Positions 1-13,450 of a stretch of DNA of 64,000 nucleotides are shown one piece after another. Positions within the stretch are counted from its first letter, which is position 1. Each line of letters starts with the position of its first letter. The stretch spans positions 90,832,001-90,896,000 of the forward strand of contig NW_024704743.1 of assembly GCF_018977255.1 (NCBI RefSeq), given 5' to 3'. The stretch comes from Callorhinchus milii. Taxonomy: Eukaryota. The notes under the pieces were generated by a model that did no database searches, had not been told where the DNA came from, and was given only the letters and a program-made list of their open reading frames with translations. A program made the translations under genes and the position numbers.

Positions 1-1459
1 ACATTACTTATTAAGGTGTTAAGGCTTGGATTATACAAGACATTCAACACTTCAACTTCAGTGGGATCAGCTGTTTTTATGTTTCTACATTTACAGTGGG
101 ATCAAAACACTGCAGTTATTCATAATGTTGCAGGCAGGTGGCCATCACATGCATTATGCAGCCATCATCAGTAGCCCACTGCATGGTTCCGTAACCATTC
201 ACTGCACACTGCTGCTGTGACACAGCTTGCTTCGCCTTCCCTCTGCTCCGTGCACTTCTGGGGAACATCGTCACATTGAAGCATTTCCTTCAGTACCACA
301 GATTACAGCAGCACCTCTGCTAATAATGAAGGGAATGACCATGATTTGTCAGTGCAAAAGTGATATCAATGTCATGCATATGTCAGAGCTGAAGTGGCTG
401 CAGGCGATCATTTCACAATAGCTCCAGGTGCTACATCTCCTCGGTGAAGCAGAACACGTCTTTCATTCCCAGCCAAGCACCCGTTGAGCTCAAAGAGCAA
501 ACATTCTGAAACAGAGTGAAATAAACAAAATCCAAAACTTTGGATCAGGTGATTTTTTTGGACTTTAGGTTGTTATTCTTTCCTTCTCCTCAGTCGCTCG
601 TCCCCCCAACACTGCACATCACCAACCATACATAAGCAATCTGAAAATAAATTCTGGGAACAACAACAATTTGCATTTATATAGTGCCCTTCATGCCGGA
701 CCATGTCTCGGAGCGCTTGAATATAAATAGAGATAAACAACCAAGTAATAATTCTCCTTAAAAATCTTCAATGACATGAAAGGTGAAGATAAAGGAATAG
801 GGACAAGGAAAGGTGTGATCGGTAGTTGTTTGTACAGTGCAATCACACTACATGACGTGCAAACATCTCATTGGTGCTACTGCTGGGTTAGTAGTAATAT
901 TCAAATAACTCTCAGTAGGTGTGGCAGTGTTAAGAACACCTGCAAACAACCAGTGATGTAACAGATTGCTTTTGACATTGTGAAGATGAGAAAAGGTTGT
1001 ATCAATGTGACCCACTCCTCATCTCCAAAAATAAATACAGGGATGTTTAGCTTGAAGAATACAGATACCATTAGCCAAACACTCAGCACAAGCCTCTTAA
1101 AACATGTGAATGTAAAAAGTTGGCCTCCTTCACGATAGCCTCTGCTACCCGCCCCCCCACAAAAAAAATTGGAAATTAAGTTACCAGATGTTGGGAGTGA
1201 GTACCCTACCTGCTCATTGCCATCTATTGTACTGACTTTGCAAAACTTTAAGGGGACTAACTTTTCAATTTACTTTGAATTAAAATCGGAATTGAGTGAA
1301 TTAGTACAATTCGCCTAAAGCACACAGTCACTACACTTCACAGAAAACTTTGTGAAGTGCTTCGAGATATTCAACCTTATAGACGCTGTCTCAAAATGCA
1401 AGTCCTATTCATAAAATGAAGCACAGTGAATGTTTTTCTCTTTCAGATGCTTATTTGCC

Positions 1460-1691
1460 TGCCCTCGGTTTCTATCTATGCCCTCGGTTTCTATCTATGC
1501 CCTCGGTTTCTATCTATGCCCTCGGTTTCTATCTATGCCCTCGGTTTCTATCTATGCCCTCGGTTTCTTTCTATGCCCTCGGTTTCTATCTATGCCCTCG
1601 GTTTCTATCTATGCCCTCGGTTTCTATCTGTGCCCTCGGTTTCTATCTGTGCCCTCGGTTTCTATCTGTGCCCTCGGTTTCTATCTATGCC
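1460..1691. repeat. Minisatellite, 12 x 19 bp (TGCCCTCGGTTTCTATCTA)
   Basis: 1460-1687 is exactly 12 units, followed by TGCC. Unit 6 has one substitution and units 9-11 end in G. Confidence 0.97.
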
Positions 1692-4431
1692 AGACAAATA
1701 AGCATCTTAAAGAGAAAAACAACTTACCATTTTGGATATGACCCTTTATTAGAACTGAAACACCAGCTCACCATTTTAGTTCTTGAGGAGCCAGACCAAA
1801 AGGTTACCCCATTTTTCTCTTTCAGTTGTTGATCGACTTGCTTTGCAATTTACTCTTGCAAGTTAATTGCTTTTAGGTACTTGGCATTTCAAACCCATAA
1901 TAGTTTTTCAAAACTTTAAACTGAGAGTTCTAAATAAATGGGAGCCATGGAAATCTGTGATACAGTTTTCTTAAAATTGGCTAAAACTGATGTAAAACAT
2001 TATGGGTCTCACGGCTGACTAAAAGCGTTCATTCCATGGTTATTTTCCAATAGATAAATCACTGCTATACATCATGTGAAATGCTTGAAGGGCAAGGATA
2101 AATGTTGAACACCAGCTGTCCTTCCAGTATCCATACTGTTCGAGTAAAGCTGACTAATACTCCAGTTTCTTCTTACAAGCCAAACTCTCAGATTCATGCA
2201 TTACAGAAAAAACAATCCACCAGATGAATGCCCTGGTTTGAAAGGTTTTAAACAAGTGCACATTAAGGGTTGAAACACACATAAGAACAAATGAATCCCT
2301 TAGATCAACAGTCAATAGCATCCGAACACGACACCAAATGGCTGCAGCACAAATTCACAAAAACACAAAAATCCCATTTGCATTACAGTATGGGCAAGTG
2401 AAGGGAGGGGAGAGAGAAGAGTAGAATGTAAAAATATATACAAATCAAGGTAAAGAGATCAGTTGCTGGTATCACTTTCAAATTTCTTTTTGGCGAGCCA
2501 AAAAAGTTGCGTGCACCACTGCTTTGCTGTACAATTCGTTGTGCGGTACAAAATGTATAACCCAAACCACCTTATAGACAGTGGTACTTGTTACTGGATC
2601 AGACTGGACTAAATCTATTGTGCTGGATGGACATAACCAAACCTACTGTGCTGATTCAGTTTACTGTGTACTGGCTGGTAATGGGAGGATTATGCAACAT
2701 TTCTGAAAGTAGATCTTGGATTGTGACAAATAGCGTAGCCAAAATATTAGTGTACAACAGTGCTGTCTTTTTACATTCTGTGGAACAGATTCAAATTGGG
2801 AATAAAGGGACTTCTGAATGTGCACTGAGATCTCTACATTCACCTTAAGAGTACTCAATCTTCCCTCCATGCAGACAACGAAACAACCAATAATTTTGCA
2901 TTCCATGACTGGCAATCACAAAACAATTTCTGAAAGTCGAATGGAAATTTGTCTGCCTATATGCCAACAATAGTAATCAGCCATCTGCTGGCACAACATA
3001 CACAGACCAGGCTCGAAAGCACAACCTCAACTAACATATGTGTATGAGCTCTTCCACCAAGGAGGAGCCTATTGGGTTCGCAGACACGGCATTGAGTGCC
3101 AGAATGGGTGTAAATAGATGCCAATAGCAACTTGCATTTAGATAGTGCCCCTCATGCAGGATAACATATCAGAGCACTTTCCTGGGATAGCGCAGAGACC
3201 CTAGGCTATAGAAGACGATAAAACTGTAATGCAAATTTTAAAAATTCCCTCACAGCAATCATATTGATCTATACTATATTATAGCCTGTAATGCAATATA
3301 GTAAAGCAGAAAAGACATCAACAAAAGTCAGATGTCAAAGGAGGGGGGCAACGGGGGGGGGAGAGAAGAGGGAGAACCAGTTGCCGGGGGAAAATCAACA
3401 ACATGTGTATTGTTTGTGAGCCTGCCGACAGACCTGGGTATTTCGCATCCAATCGACACTAAAGGCTTATTCAGTTGGATCCACAATCTGCAGTTAATGG
3501 ATGCATTGTACTCTTTTAAAGAAACTAGAATTGGAAACTTTAGCTTCTCCTATTCAAAGTTTCTAAGTAGGTCCTTTCACACTTCAAATTCTTACCGGAC
3601 AAGTATTAAAGATTTCAAGTATGGGCCTGTTGATCACATACATTCTGTAATTTACACTCTAAAAAATTATGAGATATCTTCACGTCAAAAACTAAACTGC
3701 CTTGAATCACGTCCAAACATCCGCTGCAATTAATACAATTGACTAAATGTCCTCCTGTGTTGTAAAAGTCGATGATTCTATGAATTCTACTAACATCAGT
3801 GTATACTGGAGCTCATTTAAGACTACTGCCGACTATTGTTTTTAAAAGTGAAATTTCAAAGGACAACGGGAGGAGTAATCCAGGAGTAAGAACCTGCTGA
3901 TGTTACACCAGTTGGAATTGTACTGCAGCGATGAGTACTGATTCAATTCTGAAGTTATCTCCTGGAGTTGATTTTGGGAGTAGAATTCAAAATCTATATC
4001 AGTGTCAGTTATCCCGTCTGAAGCTGGCATTTAGACAATTTTTAAGCATTGATTCGATACAGAAACTGCATCAAATCAACCCTACAATAGTGTAACTGAG
4101 GCATAAAATCGCTTCAGAGATCACAAGGATGAATGATGCTGCAAATGTCACATTTAGTAAAGTGAAAGTTGCTTCTGAGGCTGGGCGAATGCACCTCATT
4201 TGTGCAATGCAGGAGGAGCTTTATATTCCTCACCTCACAATACTACATCTGACAACAAGAAATTAAGTGCTATATACCCCAAGATCTTTTTGGGAGCAGG
4301 AGGTAGGCTAAAATGATTGTGAGGAATTACAGGTTTCTGCACCAACATTTTATACTTACCAGAACAATGTCTGCAGAATTACTTGTTCCCATAATTTTCT
4401 CCAAATCCTCCTTTTTTGAAGGCATGGCTGG

Positions 4432-4433
<2 letters not shown>

Positions 4434-4472
<39 letters not shown>

Positions 4473-4476
4473 ACAC
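4434..4476. repeat. (TA)n(CA)n microsatellite
   Basis: Read directly. Confidence 0.9.
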
Positions 4477-7400
4477 AGGTAGTGTGCAGTACCATGCCCA
4501 AAGGGAAAATTTGCTTGCAAACTTTGACTGAGTGCATCACAACTGAGCCCATTCTGTCCACATGCATACACACTGACTAGCTGGCACCACTGGATTCAAT
4601 CTGAATGATGCATTAAACAATACTTGGATTTTGATATAGTGACTTTCGTGTCAGGAGCGAGTTTCAAAGTCTTTCAGAGAATATGTTTGAATTGTGCCAC
4701 AAGATCTTTAACATCAAAATATACAATATACCACTTTACCGTATATCATGTGAAGCTCTTTGAGATGTCTTGAAGGCATGATAATCCTTGCGTTTGATAT
4801 AGCTCCTTATTTGGGACTTGGGACATCCTCCCACTGCGAAAGGCGTCATACAAATGTAATTTTGTATTACCATTACAGCAATTCCCCAGTTCCAGTTTGA
4901 ATGGACAAATGCATCTGATCATACTGGACGAGTTACACCAAGTCTTAGCTGCCACACTAAACCCTTCTTCAGAAGTGAATGCAAACTCTGACAAGACCTC
5001 CTGATAAGCAACAAGCAGGAGCCTGCAAGAAATATTCTTTACTGAAATGAACACATTGTAGGACACTGGTTGTCAGCTTGACAATTTTTTTCCATAAAAA
5101 AGATGATCTCTCAAATGTAAGACTGTTCACCCACCACCTTACACAAAATTGTTTAATAATTTGTTTTAAATACTAGAAGTAGTTTTACAACACTTGCAAT
5201 ATACATTAACAAGAGACGCTCAGTAACCTGCTATTCATTCGCATTCTCAGCAGAAAGATTTTGTAACATCCATAAAGCACATCAAAACCAATAAAACATC
5301 ATTCACACTTAAAATATCACAATGGTCATTCATATCATGTTTGTGGGACATTGTTGTGCACAAATGAGCTGCTATGATTGCCCACAAAAGACACACAATT
5401 ACTTCACTTATATCTTGTGAAACGCTGTAGGATGTCCTGCCAACGTGAAAGGCGCAATACAAAATGTAAGAATTATTAATGGTGTAACCGCCCAATAACA
5501 AATGTAAAATCACCCCAGCTCCTAAATTTCTTCACTTAGTTTCAAAGTACCGCTCAGTGAACCAAGAAGACTCATCCAAGCTCCTGGTGGACATGAGTTC
5601 ACATTTTACACAAAGTCTTAATTTTGAAGTTACACTCAGAGGGATGACAGGCTGGTAGGTGTGGGATATGGAAAGAGTCAGGCTGGAGCAGTAAAAGGGA
5701 ACTCTTCCCATCATCCTGCCCAATCCATAAAGACATGGTTTGGAGCATTTTTTGCTGTGGCAACGCTGACCTGTGCGCTGCAGTGCACACTTCATCCATG
5801 CTCTTCTTTAACCCGAGTTTTGATTAAACAAATACATGCTGCGTACATAAGGGAGCCTAGAATAGTGGGATATGAGAAGGGAATTAGGATGGGTGTGGAG
5901 CATAAATATCGACAAATACTAGTTGAGCTGAATGGCCTGTTTTTGTACTGTAAGTGTCTATGTAATTCTATGTGAATGCACACCATACAAGAAAAACTCA
6001 TTTCTCTCTGCTGTAATAGGCTTGAAGTGTCTTCCAAGACGTCCTCAGAGGGAACACTGCCCTTTAAGCTACTAAAAATGAGTTTCACATAAGTTTCATA
6101 AAAAAGCCCACTAAGAATTCAAATCAATAGCAAAGTACATGATGAGAATAAACAGAGGAGAAACATCAAATACTCATCTCCTTGGTTACAGTTATATTGA
6201 GGCATTTTATCAATTACTGCACATCTGCCAACATTCTCAACACATGAAGCAGACATGCTTGGAAAGGCTTGGTTAAATATTTATTTTCCTCAGATTTTAA
6301 TAAATGTCCCTCATTGAAGCTATCAAAAGAATTTGCTGACAAACCGTACCCCTTCCTGCATCTCATTTGTACCAGTTCAAAAGGAACTCATAAAATATTT
6401 AGCTCACGTCATTAGAACGACTTGCTAAGACTGAGGGAAACCTGCATGACCTGAGGTTAATTTATTTAATTACTGCACAAAGAATTCAGACTCTTCTGTG
6501 GACCTTTAGTTTCAAAGGGGTCCAGGAATCTCATTTTACTGACAGATTTTTAACTTCGGAATCCATCGTAAGATGGTGAAAGAGATTAGCTCTTTTAAAT
6601 CCAAATTTTTTGTGAAAGCTTTTGCTAATGTAGAGCAGCTTAGGGTGAAATAGTTCAAAGAGAACAAACCCTCAACTAATCAATCTCATTACCATCAATG
6701 CAATGAAATTAAAACCAGTGCACTAACTTGCAAAGTACATGGAAAACCAGAATTTAAAGAGAAGCTGAACACAGAAGCAATCATATGGTAACAACAACAA
6801 CTTGCACTTATATAGCGCCCTCCAACCAGGGTAGCGTCTCAGAGAGCTAACTGACCTAACAGCAGTGTCAGGTCAGAACAAACCCACAACTTTGTAGATT
6901 TTTTAAAATGTATCTCGCTATTAGAAAAAAGTATGTATTTTATAACGATCAGTCTGGAAGCAGGATCCAAAAATGCTTTCACAGGACACCGGTTAAATTA
7001 TGCCATATCCTATTCTCAAATGATCAAATCCACATGTTCTCCACAATTGGATCTTGGAAACAATAAATATATATGATTTGAACTCCTGGCACTCTATGAC
7101 ACTGGGTGAGTGCTACATTAAGAGGTGCCATGTCTCAGGTGGACATTAAAGATTCCATGACACTGAGAAGGGAATTTGTCCTGGTGTCCTGTCAATCAAT
7201 CAAAACTGATTGGTTATTCACCTTATGGCTGTGTATAAGACCTTGCCATGTACAAATTAGTTTCAAAATGCTTGTGTTTGCCTTCAAAAAGTCATTACAC
7301 TTGAGAATTACTGTAAAACAGATTTTCAACTTTCAAGATGCTTATAAAAATGCAAATTGCTCTTATGAATAAGGGCATGAGCTGTAGTAAGGTGTTACTG

Positions 7401-8502
7401 GATGAAACACCACTTCTCACCTCTGCTAATATTTTACACCCAAATCTTTCACAAATTAATCTTTCAGCAAAATAGTGGTCCAAATGCTGCCTAACATCCC
7501 ATTGAGGCATAGAGGCTTTTATACATCAGCATGCAGTTCCTTTGAACTCTAGCCTAGTGGCATACTGGGGTCTGTGCTCTGTACTTGGGTTTGGGCAGCC
7601 AGTGAGTGAAGTCATATTAACCAGAATAGAAAATGATCATAAAAATTGCTTGTAAAGCATCCATAAAGTGGAGCACAGGAAAGGAGGAAAAATCAACTTT
7701 AGAAGATGTTTTAAAATTGCCATTAAATGCAGAATAATTTTAATCGTGGGTTTGCCTTTTAATTACTCGTTGATTCTGGGTTATGAATGTAGCAGTTAAG
7801 TTCTTTAAAACTTCAGTCATACCTAGGAAAAACAGCATCTTTATTCAGAGTGAGTGACGGAAAACAGCTGCTAAGTATTTCAGTGTGAGAAACCACACAT
7901 GGTGCTGTGCACGCTACCAATCTGTTCTTGATACCACTGTAAATATTATCTGTGCCTACTGTACAAGTTGTAAATGTTCAACAATTGATAGCAGTAAATG
8001 AATTCTCCTTGGTCACTCATTTACAAAATATGCTCCTTGTTCAGTAGCTGAACCCTCAAAATAAAATGAGACCGATGCGGTGCTGCACAATTCACAATTT
8101 TTTTCTGCCACACTGATGGTGGGAAGACAACCACTTGCTCATGTCAGTTGGAAAAGATTTGTGTTTTCATAGCAGAGATGAATTCCAGGAATGAAACAGT
8201 TTGTACATTCACACGGCTATCCTTCAACTCTTCACCCCCTGGGTTCCTGCCAATTACAGAAATGGGAACAGGGAGCTTTTGCGTCAGTACATAAAACAGG
8301 GCGCTTCCTACCTCTGCTCCACAAATAATGCAGACCTTCAGAACAATTAATACAAGAAAGGCTTCCTGCTCTCCCATGGCCATCTGAAATAGGTTACCAA
8401 TGAAACAAGAAATCCATGAAACCTCATAATGAGGAATCCAGGGCGAGCAGAACTGTAGGCTTGAGGTTTTTTTTAAAAAGCAGGAAAGGAAATAACTTTC
8501 AT

Positions 8503-8858
8503 CCTGGCTCAATTCAAAGCACTCTCATCTTTAAGTCAGAACATTGTGGGTTCAAGTCCTGCTGTCAGGTTAATTCCAGTCCTGGGGGAGAATTGTCTAA
8601 ATTGCCATCCTTCAGATCAGACTTTAAACAAGGCTCTGATTACCTATTCAGGTAGATATTAATCCAATGCTATTTGGAAAAGGAAAGAAGTTTCCTTCAG
8701 GTACTGTTAAATTAGTCATTCACTACATTGCTATTTGCAAGACATTGCTGTGCTCAAATTCGCTGCCATGTTTGCCTACGAATACACAGTCACTACACTT
8801 GAGAACAACTTTCTGTGAATTTCTTTAGGCAATTTGATGTACTATATCAAATGCAAGG
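8503..8858 (+). mobile_element. Degenerate older Deu-type SINE
   Basis: Collinear with the 26696 copy (GCACTCTC..AGTCAGAA..TTGTGGGTTCAAG; GACATTGCTGTGCTCAAATT). Confidence 0.65.
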
Positions 8859-9321
8859 CCCACTAACTGCATCTGTTCATTGTAATGAACATCCCAAAGG
8901 AAAAAAACAAGCTGAATGGCATAATCGAGGCTTCTCCATGAACCGTAAATTGCTGTTCTGTGCTACTGAAGCTATTGACAAGATTGCAACCCCCATCAGA
9001 ATTGCAGAGATAACACTACCACAAGTAAATTCCTGACCATCAGTGACTTCTCACATCTAGTGTAGGTGTGAAAAAGAGAGAAGTGCATTCACAGGTCAAA
9101 ACAGACCTTGTGCTTTGAAGCCAGCCTCAAGAGGCTGGAACACAACACATCCATTATTCAACACATCTGACTGAAGAGGCCAAACAGTGCAGAAACCTGC
9201 TGCACCCGTAAAATAAACATAAGTCATGTTACTCAACACTCTTGCGTGTTACCGTTTCAAGCAGGTGATTTCAAAGGTAGTTGCCAAAACCCCAAGAAAT
9301 ATGGTTCACATTCTCATATAC

Positions 9322-9626
9322 AGGAGTCCTGTAGCTCAGTGGTTAGAGCACTCACCTCGCAAGTGAGACACCTGGGTTCAATTCCAGGCCGGGCGAAACC
9401 TTGGGCAAGTTTCCTTACTTCACACGCCTAATAATAATTCCTCCAAAAACAAAATAAATTGGTCAATCCACAACTGGTTTGTGGGACAACGCTGTGTGCA
9501 ATTGGCAGCCGCATTTCGCCCACAAATATACAGTCAATTCACTTTACAGTCTATTCTGTGAAGCGCTTTGAGACATCCAGAAGATGTGAAAAGCGCTATA
9601 TCAAATGCAAAGATTATTATTATTAT
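9322..9626 (+). mobile_element. tRNA-derived SINE (family A), full length, somewhat diverged
   Basis: A box TAGCTCAGTGG, B box GGTTCAATTCC, body GCTGTGTGCAATTGGCAGCCGC, (ATT)n tail. Confidence 0.9.
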
Positions 9627-11503
9627 ACCACCAACCCCCATCTGTCAATGATTCTTAGACATGGTTGAACACCAGATATTATTTATAAACCCAGGTTTCA
9701 GCGCTTTGGAACGTCCTCCCGACGTGAAAGGTGCTCTATAAATGTAATTTTGTTGTTGTATATCGTAATAAAATGGTTATAAATGGACTGAAGTCTCTCT
9801 TTACATTTTATCAAGTTATAGTCCTAACAATATGAGCAGATATGTTGTGCCCACACTGTATGAGTGAGACACAGCAGTTTGGAAAAAACACTTCTAATTT
9901 CATCATCATCTTAATCTTTCACTTCGCTCCCACCCAACAAAAACCTACCACAACTTCATCAGCTTGGCTTTCATTCCTGAACAAAGCCCTTTCGCAGAGC
10001 ACATAGTGTTCAACTTCAAGATCCGCAAACTCGTGTTCAAATCCAATAACTCCCTGGCACTTCCCTACCTCTCCGACATCCTCACTCCCCAATCCACCAC
10101 CTGACGCCTCCGCTCAACTGGCACCAGCCTCCTGCTCATCCCTCACACCCTCGGACCCACAGTTGCTAACACCTATGGGACTCAGCAATCTGCTCAGTTG
10201 TTTGCTACTCCTTCCAGTTTTAACATATTCACAACATGGTTGTTCACTCCATCCTGTACCAACCTGTAACACAGGCAGTATCTTCCAACACCTAAAACCC
10301 ACTTTCATTAAACCAAAAAAAGTGACCTTTCATGCAGAAACACTGAGAAACCCACTCCTTCCAGCCGAATGCTGTTTTCAGTGTGGCTATATCGTAAAAG
10401 GAATATTTGTGCAACTACTGCGATGGAGGGCCAGGTCTGTCCAGCCCTAAAATTTAATCTCCCAAAGCAAAATTATTCCAATCACCCCATTTCTCAAATA
10501 CAAAGCAGACTGTGAGATGTGCAGAAATACCTCTTGTGCAAGGCACGTCTGGACACATTGATAATATAAGGCAGACTCAGACATTTTTTGAGGTCATTGC
10601 GGGCAATAGATGGTTGGGTGAAAAATGGTGTCAAAGAATATTTTAATGCTGATTTTGTCTATTTCAGTGATATTGCTTGAATGCTGGCGATTTTAGCAAT
10701 CTGGGGCTGCCAACCAACCAAAGTGTTTATTCCCTGGGGCTTGACCTGAAGCAATCCACAAGAGCAGTGACCTAAGACATAGAGCCTGTGGGTGGGCTAA
10801 AGACATGTCCTTCGGAATCCGCCCAATGGAATGGGGAGTGCGCAATGGGAAGAAATAGTACCCCTAACCGATTTAATGGTTTCATCAGGGCATGTAAAAG
10901 CTGTAAGCCATTAACTTCCTTTTTTTGCTGGGTTTTATGTTCTCTGAGTGCAGGATGTTCAGGGGTGGGAAGGGGCTGCGGACACCTGATATCCATTGGC
11001 TACTGCAAGAATGTATCACACGCTCAAGTTAGTTTACCATGCTGCAGCCACCAGAAGCCACATTTCGGCATTAGTACAGGTAAAATAGGCGAGCCAACGT
11101 TGCTACAGGATTATGGGAGACTGTTCATTTTTCTTCCTTTATTGAATCTTTTGGTTGGTATTAGGCTGAACAGGCAGACTAGGGAGCCTGAGGGAACTGA
11201 TACATCACTTGAAAACTGCATTATCTACAGCAGTAATGTCACATAGAGTCTCTTTCCATTTTTTCACAGGAAGCTTTTGAAGGTGTAGACTGTCGGTCCA
11301 CCAATATCCGACCCTGCAACCATTGTTCCCAAAGGCAATGCCAGCCATTCCTTCTGCTCAATTGTACATTATATGGCTTAAGTTGTTCTGTACCATATAC
11401 AGGGCTTAAAGCCTCAGAACAGTAAAAGCCAAGCACCAGTGTGAGTATTTCCACATCAAGGACATTCAACTTCCATTACTGCCAACTTACTACCAAATTG
11501 TTG

Positions 11504-12940
11504 ACAACAACAACAAAATTACATATATAGAGAATCTTTCACGTCGGGAGGACGTCCCAAAGCGCTGAACGGGTGTTGGGCCCGAGCATGGGGGAGGGGT
11601 GGTGTAGGGGTGAGGGAAGGCAGAGGGGTGGGAGGGAGACCAAAAGCACGGTTGAAGAGAAGGGTCTTGAGACTAACCTTGAAGAAGGCAAGGGAGGAAG
11701 CGAGGCGAAGGGACCATGGGATGGAGTTCCAGAGTGTGGGACAGAGAGGCTGAAAGCCCGGCCACCGATGGTAGGGCGGGTCGGGCGGGAGACATGGAGC
11801 AGACCAGAGCCCACTGAACGGAGGGAGCGGGCAGGTTGGTAGGGAGTCAGCAGGTCAGAGAGGTAGGAGGGGGCAAGGCCATGGATGGCCTTAAAGGTCA
11901 GGACGAGGATCTTGAACTCGATCCTCTGGGGGATGGGGAGCCAGTGGAGTTGGGCGAGGGTGGGAGTGATGGGGTCACAGAGCCTGGTGCGTGAGAGAAC
12001 ACGAGATGCAGAGATTTGGATGATCTGCAGCTTGTGAAGGAAAGAGTTGGGAAGGCAGATGAGGAGGGAGTTCCCGTATTAAGCCTTGAGGTGACGAATG
12101 TGTGGGTGAGGGTTTCGGCAGCCTGAGGGATGAAGCAGTGGCGGAGTCTGGCAATATTGCGGAGGTGGTGATAGGCAGTGCCGGTCATGGCGCGGATGTG
12201 GGGGAGAAAGGACAGTACAGGATCAAACAAGGTACCCAGGCTCCTGACTGGCTTAGTGAGGTTGAGTGTGCAGCTGTGGAAGTTGATGCTGCCAACGCCT
12301 GTGGTACGGAGGGGCTGGCGCGAGCCAATCCATGACTGTTTGTGGGACATTGCTGTGAGCAATTGGCTGCCTCATTCACCCACAAATATACAGTCAATTC
12401 ACTTTACAGTATATTCTGTGAAGCGCTTTGGGACGTCTATAAGACGTGAAAAGCGCTATATCAAATGCAAGGATTATTATTATTATTATTATAATCAGGA
12501 GGGTCTCAGTCTTGCTGACGTGGAGTTGGGAGAAAATTGGCCCTCATCCAGGACTTGATGTCGGACAGGCAGTTGGTCAGGACACCAGTAATCCTGGAGT
12601 TCAGGGTGGAGGCAGAGAGGTAGCATCTGCATACATGTGGAAATTTACCCCACGTCTGCGGATGACGTCACCAAGGGGGAGCATATAGAGGGTGAAGAGG
12701 AGGGGACCGAGCCCTGAGGAACACCGCACGAGACAGTGCGGGGGCTGGAGGAGAAGTTGTTTGCCGCGACGAAGTGGAGGTGGTGTGGAAGGTAGGACCT
12801 GAACCAGTCAAGGACAGAACCTTGAAGGTTGAGGTGGGAGGAGAAGCAGTGGAGGAGGATTGAGTGGTCCACAGTGTGAGCAGCACGGAAACCCGATTGG
12901 AGGGGCTCATGGAGGGAGTGAGAGGAGAGGAAAGAGCGAA
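11504..12940 (-). mobile_element. L2-clade LINE, 5'-truncated and frameshifted, with nested SINE
   Basis: RT peptides [24 protein letters not shown] and VRSLGTLFDPVLSF..HHLRNIARLR; 3' hairpin and (TTG)n tail. Confidence 0.92.
12327..12494 (+). mobile_element. 5'-truncated family A SINE nested in an L2 copy
   Basis: 3' half of the SINE only. It interrupts collinear L2 sequence, with AATC at both junctions. Confidence 0.88.
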
Positions 12941-13074
12941 GTTGACACTTTTACAATGTGAACTAATACTAACTGGGAACTGGTTTGAGTGAACAAGGAG
13001 ACAGAGCACACAAGCAAGCAAGATTTCAGGTTACCAAAACATATTTGGTTGAGGTTACCAAAACATATTTCAAA

Positions 13075-13450
13075 TGAGTGAAAGCAAGCGAGGGAGGGTG
13101 GTAAAGAGCATGACAGGGGCAAAGGACATGAGTGAGCGAGGGAGGGAGCAAAGGGCACGAGCGAGCAAGGGAGGCAAAGGGAGAGGGATCGAGAGAGACA
13201 AAGGGAGACTGAGCAAGTAGCCAAAACAAAGAGAGCGCGAACGAGGGAGTGAGTAAGACAAAGGGAGTGAACGAGCGAATGAGACAATGAGTGAGACAAA
13301 GGAAGAACATGCAAGCGAGCAACGAGAAAGAGAGATAAGAGTAACAAAGCAAGACTAAGAAGCAAGAGCAAGAATGCTAAAGAGTGCGAAACAGAGAGAG
13401 GGGAAGCATGAGACAAAGAGTGAGACAGATAGAAAGACAAAGACAGAGGC
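13075..13450. repeat. Purine-rich (GA) low-complexity tract
   Basis: Degenerate GAGA/GCGA/CAAA units, strongly T-poor on the plus strand. Confidence 0.8.

Noticed and set aside
1416..1832. Three overlapping repetitive ORFs, or a CRISPR-like array
   Set aside because: Pure 19-bp tandem repeat with no spacers in a eukaryotic intron; the ORFs are a by-product of a stop-free unit.
10801..10810. p53 response element (AGACATGTCC)
   Set aside because: Only a single half-site; expected by chance.
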